This document shows positions 29,222 to 39,212 of a DNA stretch of 64,000 nucleotides, piece after piece. The position numbers were made by a program, and so were the translations under genes. This DNA is from Anaerolineales bacterium (lineage in GTDB: Bacteria; Chloroflexota; Anaerolineae; Anaerolineales; E44-bin32), in assembly GCA_040899905.1 (NCBI GenBank), contig JBBDZX010000005.1:629722-693721 (forward strand), in the 5' to 3' direction. The notes beneath the pieces are model-generated. The model did no database searches and was not told the DNA's origin. It saw only the letters and a program-made list of their open reading frames with translations. Each line of letters begins with the position of its first letter. Within the stretch, counting starts at the first letter, position 1.

Positions 29222-30093
29222 TCATCCCGCCTTGGTCCCGAGCAGTCCCGAGGCCCGCAGCCACGCGCCGGTCCGGGCCAGGCCCTCCTCAAGCTCCGTG
29301 GAGGCCTCGAACCCGAGTGCGGTACGCGCTCGCCCGGTGTGGAAGGCGGTGTTCCCGGTGAAAAACTTCAGGCTTCGGCGGTTGAACGGGGGCTGCCTTC
29401 GCACGAGACCGAACTCCGCTTCCAGGGCCAGGCCGCCCAGCCAGGCCGCGAACCCGGGGAAACACAGACGAGGCGGCTTGACGCCCAGCTCGCCTGCCAG
29501 CGTGTCCGTGTATCCCCAGAGTCGACACAGAAGAACCGTCCGGCTCGGATACTGCGGGCCAGCTTGATCGTGCGGGGGCAGCCGGCGCCGTAGACCCAGG
29601 CGGGCCGCACTACTACAACCGCGTACCCCGTACAGCCGGCATACTCAAGGACTCGTCTTTCGCCATCCAGTTAGGAACGCCCATAGGCCGGATCCGGCCG
29701 GCATTCGCTACCCTCATCCGCCAGAGGCTTCCGGAAATCGCCAAAGGGCCCGACGCGACTGCAGTGGACGAAGCGGCGGACCTGCGCGCTAGGGCATCGC
29801 TCCACGAACCGACCCCGCCCTCGACATTTACCGTCGTGAACTCCTCTTCACAAACTCCCACTTCGAGGTGCAGACTCGCAAGGTGAAAACAAACGTCTTG
29901 ACCCGAAGGCTGCGGATCAAGATCCGGGTCGCGGAATCTGCTTCGATAACCTTCAGAGCTCGCTCTCCGGAAGTCGGCCCAAGCCGGCCGGATCGATATC
30001 CACCGCGGTTACGTTGCGCCCGCGGGAAAGCTGGTCGCGCACCGGATGGCGCCCTATGAACCCGCCTGCCCCGGTGATGAGGACGTTGAAGCC
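29222..30093 (-). pseudogene. NAD-dependent epimerase/dehydratase, heavily decayed (lost start, several stops and frameshifts)
   Basis: The pieces lie in three frames: FNVLITGAGGFIGRH...; RPAWVYGAGCPRTIKLARSIRAGRFF; and ...FTGNTAFHTGRARTALGFEASTELEEGLARTGAWL. It is collinear with the intact paralog at 31649-32638. Confidence 0.8.
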
Positions 30094-30827
30094 TCAGGTT
30101 TCCTTCCGGCCACGACAACGGCGTACCCGTGGCGGGCCGGTATAAGGTGGTCGAGTTTGGATACCAGCCAGAAGAAGGGATACACCAGCGAATAAAGCCG
30201 GTAGCTCTTCCCGCCTGATCGAAGCTGGTCCTCGCTCTGGGGCGCGATCTGGCGGGCCTTCACCGGTGCCTTTCCTCGGCCTGCCAGGAAACTCACGTAA
30301 GCGAAGTTGATGATCAATTCCAGCATTTCCGTGAAGAACCTGACATAGTATGCCTGGTCATGCTTATGCAACCCGACCCGCCGGAGCTGACTCTCAAGCT
30401 CTTCTAGGCGAAATCCAATGACGCGATGCCCGTACACTTCCGGAGTCATCCCGATTAACTGTTTGATCCTTACCGCCAGCATCTGTGGATCGTCGTTGGG
30501 CGTTGAAACAATGACCCGCCCGCCCGGCCTGGTGATGCGTGCCAATCCGCAATTGAACGGCTCCAATTGATGAATGTGTTCGTGGACATCAATTGTCAGC
30601 ACGAGGTCAAACGAGCCGCCCGGGAAGGGCAGCTCCGCGGCAGCGCTCTCAGGCAGCTCGGCACGATCCCCGGTGACCCCTTTCTGGCGCTTCTTCAATG
30701 TCCTTCGGAACATCTTCAGCTGCCACAGTTCGGATGAGACTTTGCCAGCCAATCCGGCCTTGGGCCGAGCATTGGCCACGTTGATGAGCGTTCCTTTCCA
30801 TTCCATACCGAACGGCGTACGTTTCAC
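30054..30827 (-). CDS. methyltransferase-like protein lacking the SAM-binding motif I (open frame retained)
   Basis: It is a paralog of 32689-33501 (FDLVLTIDVHEHI vs FDQIVILDFFEHI, with similar C-terminal hydrophobic tails). About 50 residues including the LDIGSxxG region are missing. Confidence 0.6.
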   Translation of the reverse strand: MKRTPFGMEWKGTLINVANARPKAGLAGKVSSELWQLKMFRRTLKKRQKGVTGDRAELPESAAAELPFPGGSFDLVLTIDVHEHIHQLEPFNCGLARITRPGGRVIVSTPNDDPQMLAVRIKQLIGMTPEVYGHRVIGFRLEELESQLRRVGLHKHDQAYYVRFFTEMLELIINFAYVSFLAGRGKAPVKARQIAPQSEDQLRSGGKSYRLYSLVYPFFWLVSKLDHLIPARHGYAVVVAGRKPEASTSSSPGQAGS

Positions 30828-30878
30828 TTTGGTCCATGCCGACCGTCAGGGCTGGTCCCGCCTCGTCTCAGGTCGCCA

Positions 30879-31406
30879 CTAGCGGCCAGCTGTCATGATG
30901 CGCTTGCCAAGGATCGCAAGGATCGCGACGGCACCCGCGTAGACGGACTCGAAGGCCAGGAAGGTCAGGTGCGAGGCGTCTATCAAGCCTTCGCTGTGGT
31001 TGACGTTCGGGAATATCTGCAACGGGGCCCGCACGGCCTCGTAAGAGAAGGGCCACCATAACAACACCCCGGCCCCACCACCAATCATGTCCAGCAGCAC
31101 GTGCGATCCATAGGTAAGAAACGAAATCGAGAATGCCGTTCCGAATCTTCCCCTGGCAATCCACTTGATCAGAAAGGCGATAAGGGTGCACACGGCCAGA
31201 GTAAACACCAGGCTGTGCGTGAAGGTGTGGTGAATTCGCCTCGAGGCCACGAGCTGGATCAGAAAATCCAGATCGGCCAAATTGGAGAGCGCCATGATCC
31301 CCACGATCTGCCAAAATAGCCTGGCTGCAATAGGATTGCGGGGCGTATCTGGATGCAGGTAGGCGAGCGCCACGCCGGTTACAGTGTGAGCCAACGGAGA
31401 CGGCAT
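30879..31406 (-). CDS. DUF457/YdjM-like membrane-bound metal-dependent hydrolase
   Basis: MPSPLAHTVTG..., HHTFTHSL and GSHVLLDM histidine motifs, multi-TM. Confidence 0.75.
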   Translation of the reverse strand: MPSPLAHTVTGVALAYLHPDTPRNPIAARLFWQIVGIMALSNLADLDFLIQLVASRRIHHTFTHSLVFTLAVCTLIAFLIKWIARGRFGTAFSISFLTYGSHVLLDMIGGGAGVLLWWPFSYEAVRAPLQIFPNVNHSEGLIDASHLTFLAFESVYAGAVAILAILGKRIMTAGR

Positions 31407-31648
31407 GCCGCTGATTCTAAGTCGCCAGCAGGGGATCCGAAAGGCCCCCACCACCCTCTGAATCTGACGGTCGATCTTCCGTATGAAACAATCTAATTGG
31501 CCTCACCCATCCTCAATAATCGCTTCTCCTGCCAACAGTGGTCACTAAGTCCGAGTTAATTCATGAATTCGTCTTCAACCCTTCTATGTCTGCTACTTCA
31601 AATCGATCTGGTACAAATTTGCAGATACTCCACTGCTCGTCCGATATT

Positions 31649-32638
31649 CTAGAGATACTCGTTCTGGCGGTACCACACTTCAGTTCGCCTCAGGCCCTCG
31701 GAGAGGTCAATCTCTGGCGCGTATCCGAGCTCCTGCTTGGCCTTGCTGATGTCGAAGGCCCGATCCTGACGAAACCAATCAATACGGCGCCGAAAGACGG
31801 GAGGATCAATCTTGAACGGCTTATAGAGCATCTCGATGGCAATGGCAGCTAACCAGGCGGGCCAAAATGGGAGCCTGATGATTTTCACTTTGACGCCCAT
31901 CGATTCGCCTACTTTTCTGACCAGATCATTTAAGGAGAAGTAATCCTCGTCAGCGATCAAATACGTCTCGCCTTTTGCCTCGGGCCTCTGCATGGAGAGC
32001 AGGAACGAATCGACCAGATTGTCGATATATACGGGATGATACGTGGTCTTGCCATTCCCCAACATCACGAACCATCCCGAGCGTACTCGGCGGAACAGGA
32101 TCAACCATCTCTCAGGATCGCCGGGCCCATAAATGGCCGCGGGGCGGATAATGGTTGCATCCATACCTGCGCTTATGTATTCTTGAGCTACCTCTTCGCC
32201 CTTATATTTCGTATATTGATAGTAATCGGCAGGGGCGATAGGTGCAGCTTCGTTGCCGGGTGGCGCTTTTACATCCCCGTGCACTCCGCATGTGCTGCAA
32301 TAGATGATCTTGCTAACTTTCGCCTTGACGGCCGCCTTGAAGACATTGCGAGTGCCGTTAACATTAACATCCCAGTAGACTTCATCAGGCACATTAATGA
32401 CTCTGAACGCAGCGGCTAGGTGGAAGATCACGTCCACCCCTTCCGCTGTGTTTTCGACCAATTCGGAGTCGGTCACAGATCCCAGGACTATTTCTGCGCC
32501 CGCATGAGTCAGTTCCTCGTGAAACAACCCCGGTTGATTGTCTAAGACTCGGACCTTGTGTCCGTCGCTTATGAGCCGCCGCACCAGGTGTGATCCGGTG
32601 AACCCTGTACCTCCAGTGACCAGGATACTCATCGCCAT
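31649..32638 (-). CDS. NAD-dependent epimerase/dehydratase
   Basis: ILVTGGTGFTGSHL, a YxxxK region (YQYTKYKGE) and a lower-GC codon usage. Confidence 0.9.
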   Translation of the reverse strand: MAMSILVTGGTGFTGSHLVRRLISDGHKVRVLDNQPGLFHEELTHAGAEIVLGSVTDSELVENTAEGVDVIFHLAAAFRVINVPDEVYWDVNVNGTRNVFKAAVKAKVSKIIYCSTCGVHGDVKAPPGNEAAPIAPADYYQYTKYKGEEVAQEYISAGMDATIIRPAAIYGPGDPERWLILFRRVRSGWFVMLGNGKTTYHPVYIDNLVDSFLLSMQRPEAKGETYLIADEDYFSLNDLVRKVGESMGVKVKIIRLPFWPAWLAAIAIEMLYKPFKIDPPVFRRRIDWFRQDRAFDISKAKQELGYAPEIDLSEGLRRTEVWYRQNEYL

Positions 32639-32688
32639 GCTTTGTGGTCCTCCTCGAACCTAACTCCCGACATCGGAAACGCCCGAGA

Positions 32689-33501
32689 TCAACCAAGAGT
32701 ACTTTGCTGGTCTTTGAGTCTGCGCGCGCGAACGATCAACATGTGATTGCTTGGCACAAATGGCAAGCTATCAAGCCAGGTGATCAGCCAAGCAACGGGG
32801 AACATCAACCGGTAGACCATGAACAGTGCTCGATGGTCGTCAAGATCTTGATCTGTAACGATATTGCCCTTTTTTGCCGCACCAGGGACAGCCCGCCGCA
32901 CAAGCGAAAAGGCAAAGGCCAGCAGCGTGTCAAACATGTGGCCAAACAGCCCTGAGTAATAACGATGTTCCTCAATCGAAAAGAAACCCGAGAGGAGTTC
33001 CTCCAATGAATTCAATGAGTAGCCGGGACGGACATGTCCATGAGCTTCATCGCCCTGATTCAACGCTTCCCGGACGATCCTTACCATACCCGACTGCCAA
33101 TGAGGAACATTGACCACGAGGGCCCCGTCCGACTTGATGATCCGGTAAAGTTCTTGCACAAACTCTCGATCTGTCTCGATATGCTCAAAGAAGTCGAGGA
33201 TAACGATTTGATCAAATTCATTGCTTCCAAAAGGCGTGGACTGTCCATCAATTTGGTACACGTCTTCACGAACTAATCTTCGAATCGTTTCCACCGCCCT
33301 CTGGTCTAAGTCGGCGCTCTTCCATCGCCCGCCACCTCGACGCAGAAAATAGCTTATGACGCCGTTGTCGGATCCAATATCGAGGCAGTCGAGACCCGCA
33401 GTAGAGCCTATGAATTCGCGAAGGGTCGTCCACTTCTGCCGTTTAAGAGGCGATCCTCGATATAGTTGGAGCGCCCGATCTACGACTTGTGTAGCACTCA
33501 C
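32689..33501 (-). CDS. class I SAM-dependent methyltransferase with hydrophobic C-terminal extension
   Basis: CLDIGSDNGVISYFL (motif I) and ILDFFEHI. Confidence 0.8.
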   Translation of the reverse strand: MSATQVVDRALQLYRGSPLKRQKWTTLREFIGSTAGLDCLDIGSDNGVISYFLRRGGGRWKSADLDQRAVETIRRLVREDVYQIDGQSTPFGSNEFDQIVILDFFEHIETDREFVQELYRIIKSDGALVVNVPHWQSGMVRIVREALNQGDEAHGHVRPGYSLNSLEELLSGFFSIEEHRYYSGLFGHMFDTLLAFAFSLVRRAVPGAAKKGNIVTDQDLDDHRALFMVYRLMFPVAWLITWLDSLPFVPSNHMLIVRARRLKDQQSTLG

Positions 33502-33658
33502 GAACCCACGGCCCTTCGGGATACCTGACCAATCATGATGGAACGCGGCATCGGAGGTACTCTGTGATCCATTCTGGCTGCAATCTCTGGGCAGAGCCGG
33601 CTCCCATCCGATCGCAAGATTGAAGGAGGTATGCCCTGCGGAGATTCTCCCTTAGAGC

Positions 33659-35323
33659 TCAAGGCAGCTCGGCAAGCGGCACTGAGTCTTCATTCTCTAC
33701 GTCTGACGATAACGAGCGCCAGCCAAGAACCTGGGCCATGATGTCCTGGATCTCCTGAAGTGTCGATTGCGAAGGGGGACCGGCGGAACCAATATCCGTC
33801 CGCCTGAGCACAACGTCAGACGGTCTGCGCGCCATTTCCTCTTGGATCGCGTAATAAATCTGGCATCGCAATACACTTGACTGGCCAGCAATCGCTTGCA
33901 GCTTCGACAAGTCATCCTGCGCGTACGCCAGCACCCTTTCAGCCTCGGAACCGTAGGCTTGGGCAAGCTGCCGGATTACGGATTCGGAGAGGAAGGAGAA
34001 ACGTGCTTGAAGCGCTGACGTTTCATCCTCCAGCGACGTAATCTGACCACCATGAACAGGGATCGATCCGGTGCGGGACGGCGGTACCGGGATATCGAGT
34101 CGATGCGCCACGAGATCGATGGCCCGTTCGGCCAACCATCGTGCACTTGTGTACTTAGCACCAATTAGGCTGATCAGGTTCCGAATTCCTAGATCAGATT
34201 CATGGTCGGCCAGCTCGCTTTCGCGCAAGAGCTCAGGCCTCCCACGGTCTACGCGGCGCGGGTCCAATGGTTGAAGACCCGTGTGGACCATGCTGACGCT
34301 GCTGCGATCCAAATTGGCCCCCGGGTAGACCTCGTTTACGCCTGAAATGAGCCGTTCAATCTCGGGCTCAATCGGGCCCACGTGTTCTGGTCGATCGACT
34401 GGAGCGCCGTGCATTGTTCCGATGATCGACCAATCTCTCCAGGGCACAATAAAAATGGTCTTTCCCGACCGCGGTCGACTGAGGTCGCCTTTCATTTGGA
34501 CACATGACCGCAGACCCACACCAACCCCGTCGATGATTTTCGGTACGACGATATTGACTGCTCGGGATAGTTTGAAACGTGGCCGCCGTCGTCCGGTCGA
34601 GGACAGCATTTGCTCGACCCAGGGCCCTGTCGCGTTTACTACGAAGCGAGCGTGAATGTCGAATCTCTGGCTGGACTCGAGGTCACGAGCTCGAGCTCCA
34701 ACGGCCGATTGCCCCTCCAGCAGGATCGATTCTGCTCTGACATAGTTGGCCAGTATCGCGCCACGCTGGACCGCTGATTTCAGGATCGAAAGAAGCATTT
34801 GTTCGGTGTTGAGCACCTGCGCGTCATACCAGACAGCGGCTCCGGTGATCTTCGTTGACGATTGCAGCCCTGGAAGTTGACTTAGAACTTCATCCCGAGT
34901 CAGCATCGTAGAGCGGGGCAGATGAGAGTTCTTCCCGAGGTCCCGGTTTCGATCGTACCCGACCAGATCGGTTACTCTAAGCGCCACGCTCAACACACCT
35001 CTCGAGTGGCGCCCCCGACCGTCGGTGGGAAAGAGCATACGCAAAGGCTGGACAAGATGAGGCGCAATCGTCATCCACGCCCGGCGCTCCTTGATCATTG
35101 TCCTCATCAAAGGCAGATCGAAGTCCTGCAGATAGCGTAGCCCACCGTGAACAGTCTTCATGCTGTTGGAAGAAGTCGCGCCACCGAAGTCGCCTTTCTC
35201 GATCAAGGCCGCTTTCAATCCTCGATGGGCCGCGTCCCAAAGCGCGCAAGCGCCGTAAATTCCGCCTCCCACTATCAGCACGTCGTGCCGACGGCTCGCC
35301 AGAGCACTGAGATCACGCTTCAT
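33659..35323 (-). CDS. FAD-dependent glycerol-3-phosphate dehydrogenase/oxidase-like oxidoreductase
   Basis: DVLIVGGGIYGACALWDAAHRGLKAALIEKGDFGGATSSNSMKTVHGGLRYLQ. Confidence 0.88.
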   Translation of the reverse strand: MKRDLSALASRRHDVLIVGGGIYGACALWDAAHRGLKAALIEKGDFGGATSSNSMKTVHGGLRYLQDFDLPLMRTMIKERRAWMTIAPHLVQPLRMLFPTDGRGRHSRGVLSVALRVTDLVGYDRNRDLGKNSHLPRSTMLTRDEVLSQLPGLQSSTKITGAAVWYDAQVLNTEQMLLSILKSAVQRGAILANYVRAESILLEGQSAVGARARDLESSQRFDIHARFVVNATGPWVEQMLSSTGRRRPRFKLSRAVNIVVPKIIDGVGVGLRSCVQMKGDLSRPRSGKTIFIVPWRDWSIIGTMHGAPVDRPEHVGPIEPEIERLISGVNEVYPGANLDRSSVSMVHTGLQPLDPRRVDRGRPELLRESELADHESDLGIRNLISLIGAKYTSARWLAERAIDLVAHRLDIPVPPSRTGSIPVHGGQITSLEDETSALQARFSFLSESVIRQLAQAYGSEAERVLAYAQDDLSKLQAIAGQSSVLRCQIYYAIQEEMARRPSDVVLRRTDIGSAGPPSQSTLQEIQDIMAQVLGWRSLSSDVENEDSVPLAELP

Positions 35324-35595
35324 GGCTTCCGCTTCGTCGCAGTGTCATCGCTACGCCTTACGTCCTGATTTTGCACCAAGTGCCTGGGACCAAAGCGCTG
35401 GATGGCTCCAGAGGATCGCTCTGCATTACCCCTCTCAGGCCACGCACGGCTTTAAGGTGTGGATTCTGGTTTCGCTAAAGGGATTGTTGGCATCGAAGGA
35501 CTGCCGGCCCAGATCGTGATGCCGACACCGCGAGTTGGTTTGCTCATGCCAATTTGCTATAGGAGGCCCTGGAGCATTATGAACTAACAAGTGGG

Positions 35596-36804
35596 TCACT
35601 TCTCGGATGGCGAGACTGCCTGGTCCACGAGTGAAACTGGGCTCACCAGCGACTGGTAAATGCTTTCTATGCGACTCAAATACTTATCCGGATCATGATT
35701 GGTTTTGGCGAATTCCATGGCATGCTGAGCGAGAAGGGATCGATGAGCTTCATGTTGGAGCAGGCGAATCAAACCCTCGGCCATCCCTTCTGCTGTTGGC
35801 TCGACCAACATGGCTATATCGTCATTTAACACGAGCGTATGGGCGCGAATATTGGTTGCAATGATGGCTCTCCTTGCATTCAGGTAGCTGTAGACCTTCA
35901 GGGGCACAGAGGTGCCCTCAATTCGAGGTGAAATTAAGACGTCGGCGAGCTCCAAATGAGCTAGCGCCTCGGACGTCGATGTCCTCCCCACGAAGCGGAC
36001 CTTCGAACCAACGTTCAAGGAAGAAGCAACTCGCTTCAGCTCGCTAATCTGAGCCTCAGTACCCCCTACCAGCACGAGCAAAGCATGCGGGTCTTGTTTC
36101 ACCACGCGCCGGAACGCATGCAACAAGACGTCTAAGCCCTGATACCTTTCGAAGCTACCCGTGTAAACGATCACCTTTTGCCCGTTCCGCTTGATGTTCT
36201 CGCGCATCACGTCAACGGTCGCATGGTCACCATCATTCGAGAGGCCAAGCGGCGTGTTTTCGATCGTCCAAATTTCGCTACCGGGCACAACCGATCTTAC
36301 GTAATCCGTGAGATCCTCACCAATCGTAATCACGCTGTCCGCCGTTCGGAGAACAGCACGTTCAAGTATGGCAAACAGATTAGGGAACGGCCAGACGTCG
36401 AGATACTTAAAGTTTTGAAGCTGTCTCGGCAGGCTCGAATGCATATCATATAGATGGCGTGTCCGGAAGATTGCGGCAAGAATCATGGCGAAAAAGGCGG
36501 CCTCTTCGTGAGAATGAATGACATCGTACCGTCGCCGCAGCAAGCGGCCTATTGATTTCAGCAGAACGAATCCGTCGAGGAATAGCTTTGTGAGGGAAGG
36601 CCCGACTCTTACTTCATTGATAAACGGGATATTGGGGATGCGGTGGATAGTTACACCCGGAATCTCAACGTTTTCACCAAGGTGATACGTGACAAGATCC
36701 ACCTCGATACCAAGCTTCGAGAGCGCCTGGAGTCTCTGGTGAACACTAATGGGTGTCCCTCGCGGCTCAAAGAACGGCTGCGGAGCTATCATAAGTACCT
36801 TCAT
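35596..36804 (-). CDS. GT4-family glycosyltransferase
   Basis: [21 protein letters not shown] follows an AAGGAG RBS, and an E-x7-E-type C-terminal region is present. Confidence 0.9.
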   Translation of the reverse strand: MKVLMIAPQPFFEPRGTPISVHQRLQALSKLGIEVDLVTYHLGENVEIPGVTIHRIPNIPFINEVRVGPSLTKLFLDGFVLLKSIGRLLRRRYDVIHSHEEAAFFAMILAAIFRTRHLYDMHSSLPRQLQNFKYLDVWPFPNLFAILERAVLRTADSVITIGEDLTDYVRSVVPGSEIWTIENTPLGLSNDGDHATVDVMRENIKRNGQKVIVYTGSFERYQGLDVLLHAFRRVVKQDPHALLVLVGGTEAQISELKRVASSLNVGSKVRFVGRTSTSEALAHLELADVLISPRIEGTSVPLKVYSYLNARRAIIATNIRAHTLVLNDDIAMLVEPTAEGMAEGLIRLLQHEAHRSLLAQHAMEFAKTNHDPDKYLSRIESIYQSLVSPVSLVDQAVSPSEK

Positions 36805-36850
36805 TCGGAGTCTCCTTACTGCTTCTGGCACTCGAGGTTCTCCCAGCGAG

Positions 36851-36952
36851 CTATTGTGCCTGTGGGTGCTGACAAGCGCCCGTCTGGTTGGCGCTGGTAG
36901 GCGCCTCGCGCGGCTCGAAGAACGGCTCGGGTGCGATCATCAGGACCTTCAT
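36851..36952 (-). pseudogene. GT4 5' fragment (about 23 homologous codons, then divergence and a stop)
   Basis: [23 protein letters not shown]... Its ATG forms an ATGA overlap with the stop of the SIS-GAF gene. It has higher GC than the intact GT4 48 nt downstream. Confidence 0.7.
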
Positions 36953-38238
36953 GGCTCCCCCTCCGCCTCACTCACCTCCGTCATCCGCGGCCATGCGGCG
37001 CCGGCGCCCTGGGCCGGGGCAGCGCGCAACTCCGACCGCTGCTTGACACCCTCCGCCCGAGGCGGGATGGGGGGCGCCCCGGCACTCAAGGAAATGCCCC
37101 CCGCGAGGGCGCTCAACAGGGCCAAATCCCGTTCGGTGAAGCGGCGAGTATCCGGATTCACCAATGTCAGGACACCGATTACACGTTCGCCACCTATCAG
37201 CGGCACGCTGATGGCCGAGCGGGGAGCATTGAGGGCGTCCCACTCCGAGGCCAGCCAGCGAGGATCGCGCTGGGTGTCCTCGACGAGGGCTGGGTTCCCG
37301 TTCCGGAACACCCAGCCCGCCAACCCCCTCCGGAGGGTATCGGCCAGCTGGTGGGGAGCCGGCGGACGGACTTCGCCGGCGTAAGCCACCGCGCCCTCGA
37401 CCAGGTTGCCCGCCTCGTCGAGGACCATCAGGCTTCCGCTCTGCGCCCCGACGTTCTCGACGGTCAGCAACAGCGCCTCCTGCAGCAGGTTGCTGAGGTC
37501 CTTGCCCTCGTACAGCCCTTGCCGCAGTGCGCTCAACGTGCGGCGCCATTTGCCGTCGGTCCCCAAACCATCCAGAACGGCCGGTACTGCCTCGGGGAGA
37601 ACCGCGTCGGACGAACGGCCGAGCTGTTCGGCCTCGTCCCGCAGCGCTTTGCAAATCATGTGCTCGAGCATCAAGTGGACGTCTTCGACGTGCTCGACGC
37701 AGTCGCTCTCGACATGCACGTTCCACTGCACCAGTGAGGCCAGGCGGCCTCCGGAGAATCCAGTGAATCCGATGGTGGTCGCGCCCCGCAGGTTGGCCGC
37801 CTCGACCGCTTCGAGCACGTTGGGGGAATTTCCCGAGGTGGAGATGGCAATCACCACGTCGCCGGATTGCATCAGGCCGATGAGCTGTTCGGCGAACACC
37901 CTCTCGAAGCCGTCGTCGTTGGCGTAGGCGGTGAGGATCGCCACGTTGTCCGTAAGGCCGATCACCCGGAAGCCGGGCCAACCGGCGCGCCGGGTGTTCT
38001 TGGCCAGATCGCAGACGAAGTGCGAGGCGGTCGAGGCGCTGCCTCCGTTCCCCAGGATGAAGACATGCCGCCGGCTCAGCCGCGCTTCGTGCAGAAGGTG
38101 AACCACATGCTCGACCCGGTCCCGGGGGAGCCGATCCAGCGTTGCCTGTAGGTCCGACATATAGGTATCGATAGTGCCCATCCCTCCTCCTCCCGCGGCC
38201 CGGCCGGGACTGCTGCCGGTGCCGGCGGCCAGCGTCAT
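36949..38238 (-). CDS. SIS (GmhA-like sedoheptulose-7-phosphate isomerase) fused to a C-terminal GAF domain
   Basis: SIS domain: [21 protein letters not shown]...[17 protein letters not shown]-like domain: [30 protein letters not shown]...[12 protein letters not shown]...[20 protein letters not shown]...[13 protein letters not shown]. The ATG at 38238 has an ATGA overlap with the kinase stop; an alternative ATG lies at 38181. Confidence 0.8.
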   Translation of the reverse strand: MTLAAGTGSSPGRAAGGGGMGTIDTYMSDLQATLDRLPRDRVEHVVHLLHEARLSRRHVFILGNGGSASTASHFVCDLAKNTRRAGWPGFRVIGLTDNVAILTAYANDDGFERVFAEQLIGLMQSGDVVIAISTSGNSPNVLEAVEAANLRGATTIGFTGFSGGRLASLVQWNVHVESDCVEHVEDVHLMLEHMICKALRDEAEQLGRSSDAVLPEAVPAVLDGLGTDGKWRRTLSALRQGLYEGKDLSNLLQEALLLTVENVGAQSGSLMVLDEAGNLVEGAVAYAGEVRPPAPHQLADTLRRGLAGWVFRNGNPALVEDTQRDPRWLASEWDALNAPRSAISVPLIGGERVIGVLTLVNPDTRRFTERDLALLSALAGGISLSAGAPPIPPRAEGVKQRSELRAAPAQGAGAAWPRMTEVSEAEGEP

Positions 38239-39212
38239 CGTCTGTAGTTGAAGATCGTCTTCGAGCCGTCCGCTTCGAGCTTGTACGGAAGTTCGCGCAG
38301 ATCGCGCAGGGCTTCGCGCACGGCCTCCCGGCGCTCCAGCGGTGCGTACACTAGCAGGAACCCTCCGCCGCCCGCGCCGGAGATCTTTCCTCCCAGCGCG
38401 CCGGCCGACCGGGCGGCCTCGTATATGGCGTTGATCCTTCCGTTCGTCACCCCGCTGGCCAGCAGCTTCTTCGCCTCCCACGCCTCGTGCAGCAGGGAGC
38501 CGACGGCGTCCACATTCCCCGCCAGGAGTTCGGCCCGAGCGGTGCGGGCCATGGCCTTGAGCCGCCGAAGCACCGTCAGCCGATCCTGGATGTTCGACTC
38601 CTGTTCGGCCAGGATGGTCTCCGACTTGCGCGCAAAACCAGTATAGAACAGCATCAAGCTCTCGTTCAATCGTCGGATCTGCGACTCATCCACCAGCACC
38701 CTTTCGCAGTGAATCTCGCCGCTGGTGTTGAACTCCATGAACCGCAGCCCGCCGAAGGCGGCGATGTATTCATCCTGGACACCCATCGGCTTGTGCAGGG
38801 TATCGATTTCGATTTCGCACGCCTCGCGCGCCAAGCATTCAGCCGTCACGCTTTCTCCCAGGTAGGCGTACATGGCATGCAGCGCCCCCACGGTGACCGT
38901 GCTGGAAGAGCCCAAGCCGGAACCGGCGGAGGGAATGTCTCCCATGGTGGTAATTTCGACCCCGCGTTGGATCCCTGTCTTCCGCAGCGCTTCCCGGATG
39001 AGCTCGTGCTGGACCTCGTCCACGCGGTCGACCATCTCCGTGCGGGTGTAGCCGATGCGCAGCTTGTCGTCGAAGCGCTTCTTGATCGTGACGAAGATGG
39101 ACTTGTCGATGGCGTAGCTGAGTACGCAGCCGCCCTCCTGGAGGAAGTACGAGCGAAAATCCGTGCCGCCGCCGAACAGGCTCACCCGCAGCGGCGTCTG
39201 GACGATAATCAC
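38235..39212 (-). CDS. hddA: GHMP-family sugar kinase (D-glycero-D-manno-heptose 7-phosphate kinase-like)
   Basis: [19 protein letters not shown]...[15 protein letters not shown]...[12 protein letters not shown]...[14 protein letters not shown]. The GTG start overlaps the epimerase TGA (GTGA). The symbol is family-level only. Confidence 0.85.
   Translation of the reverse strand: MIIVQTPLRVSLFGGGTDFRSYFLQEGGCVLSYAIDKSIFVTIKKRFDDKLRIGYTRTEMVDRVDEVQHELIREALRKTGIQRGVEITTMGDIPSAGSGLGSSSTVTVGALHAMYAYLGESVTAECLAREACEIEIDTLHKPMGVQDEYIAAFGGLRFMEFNTSGEIHCERVLVDESQIRRLNESLMLFYTGFARKSETILAEQESNIQDRLTVLRRLKAMARTARAELLAGNVDAVGSLLHEAWEAKKLLASGVTNGRINAIYEAARSAGALGGKISGAGGGGFLLVYAPLERREAVREALRDLRELPYKLEADGSKTIFNYRR

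Noticed and set aside
27537-29567. A 676-aa plus-strand ORF, the longest ORF in the track.
   Set aside because: It is antisense to the carbamoyltransferase and to the secreted protein at 28068-29105. Its composition is Arg/Gly/Pro/Ala-rich low complexity, typical of shadow ORFs in high-GC DNA, and it has no recognisable motifs.
38239-38481. An 81-codon N-terminal extension of the SIS-GAF ORF. Similar long extensions occur on 38235-39839, 11650-12633, 12369-13715, 13430-14602, 55780-57069 and 25067-26365.
   Set aside because: The extensions overlap the upstream gene in another frame, are Arg/Gly-rich, and precede internal starts that have an RBS or a 4-nt stop/start overlap.
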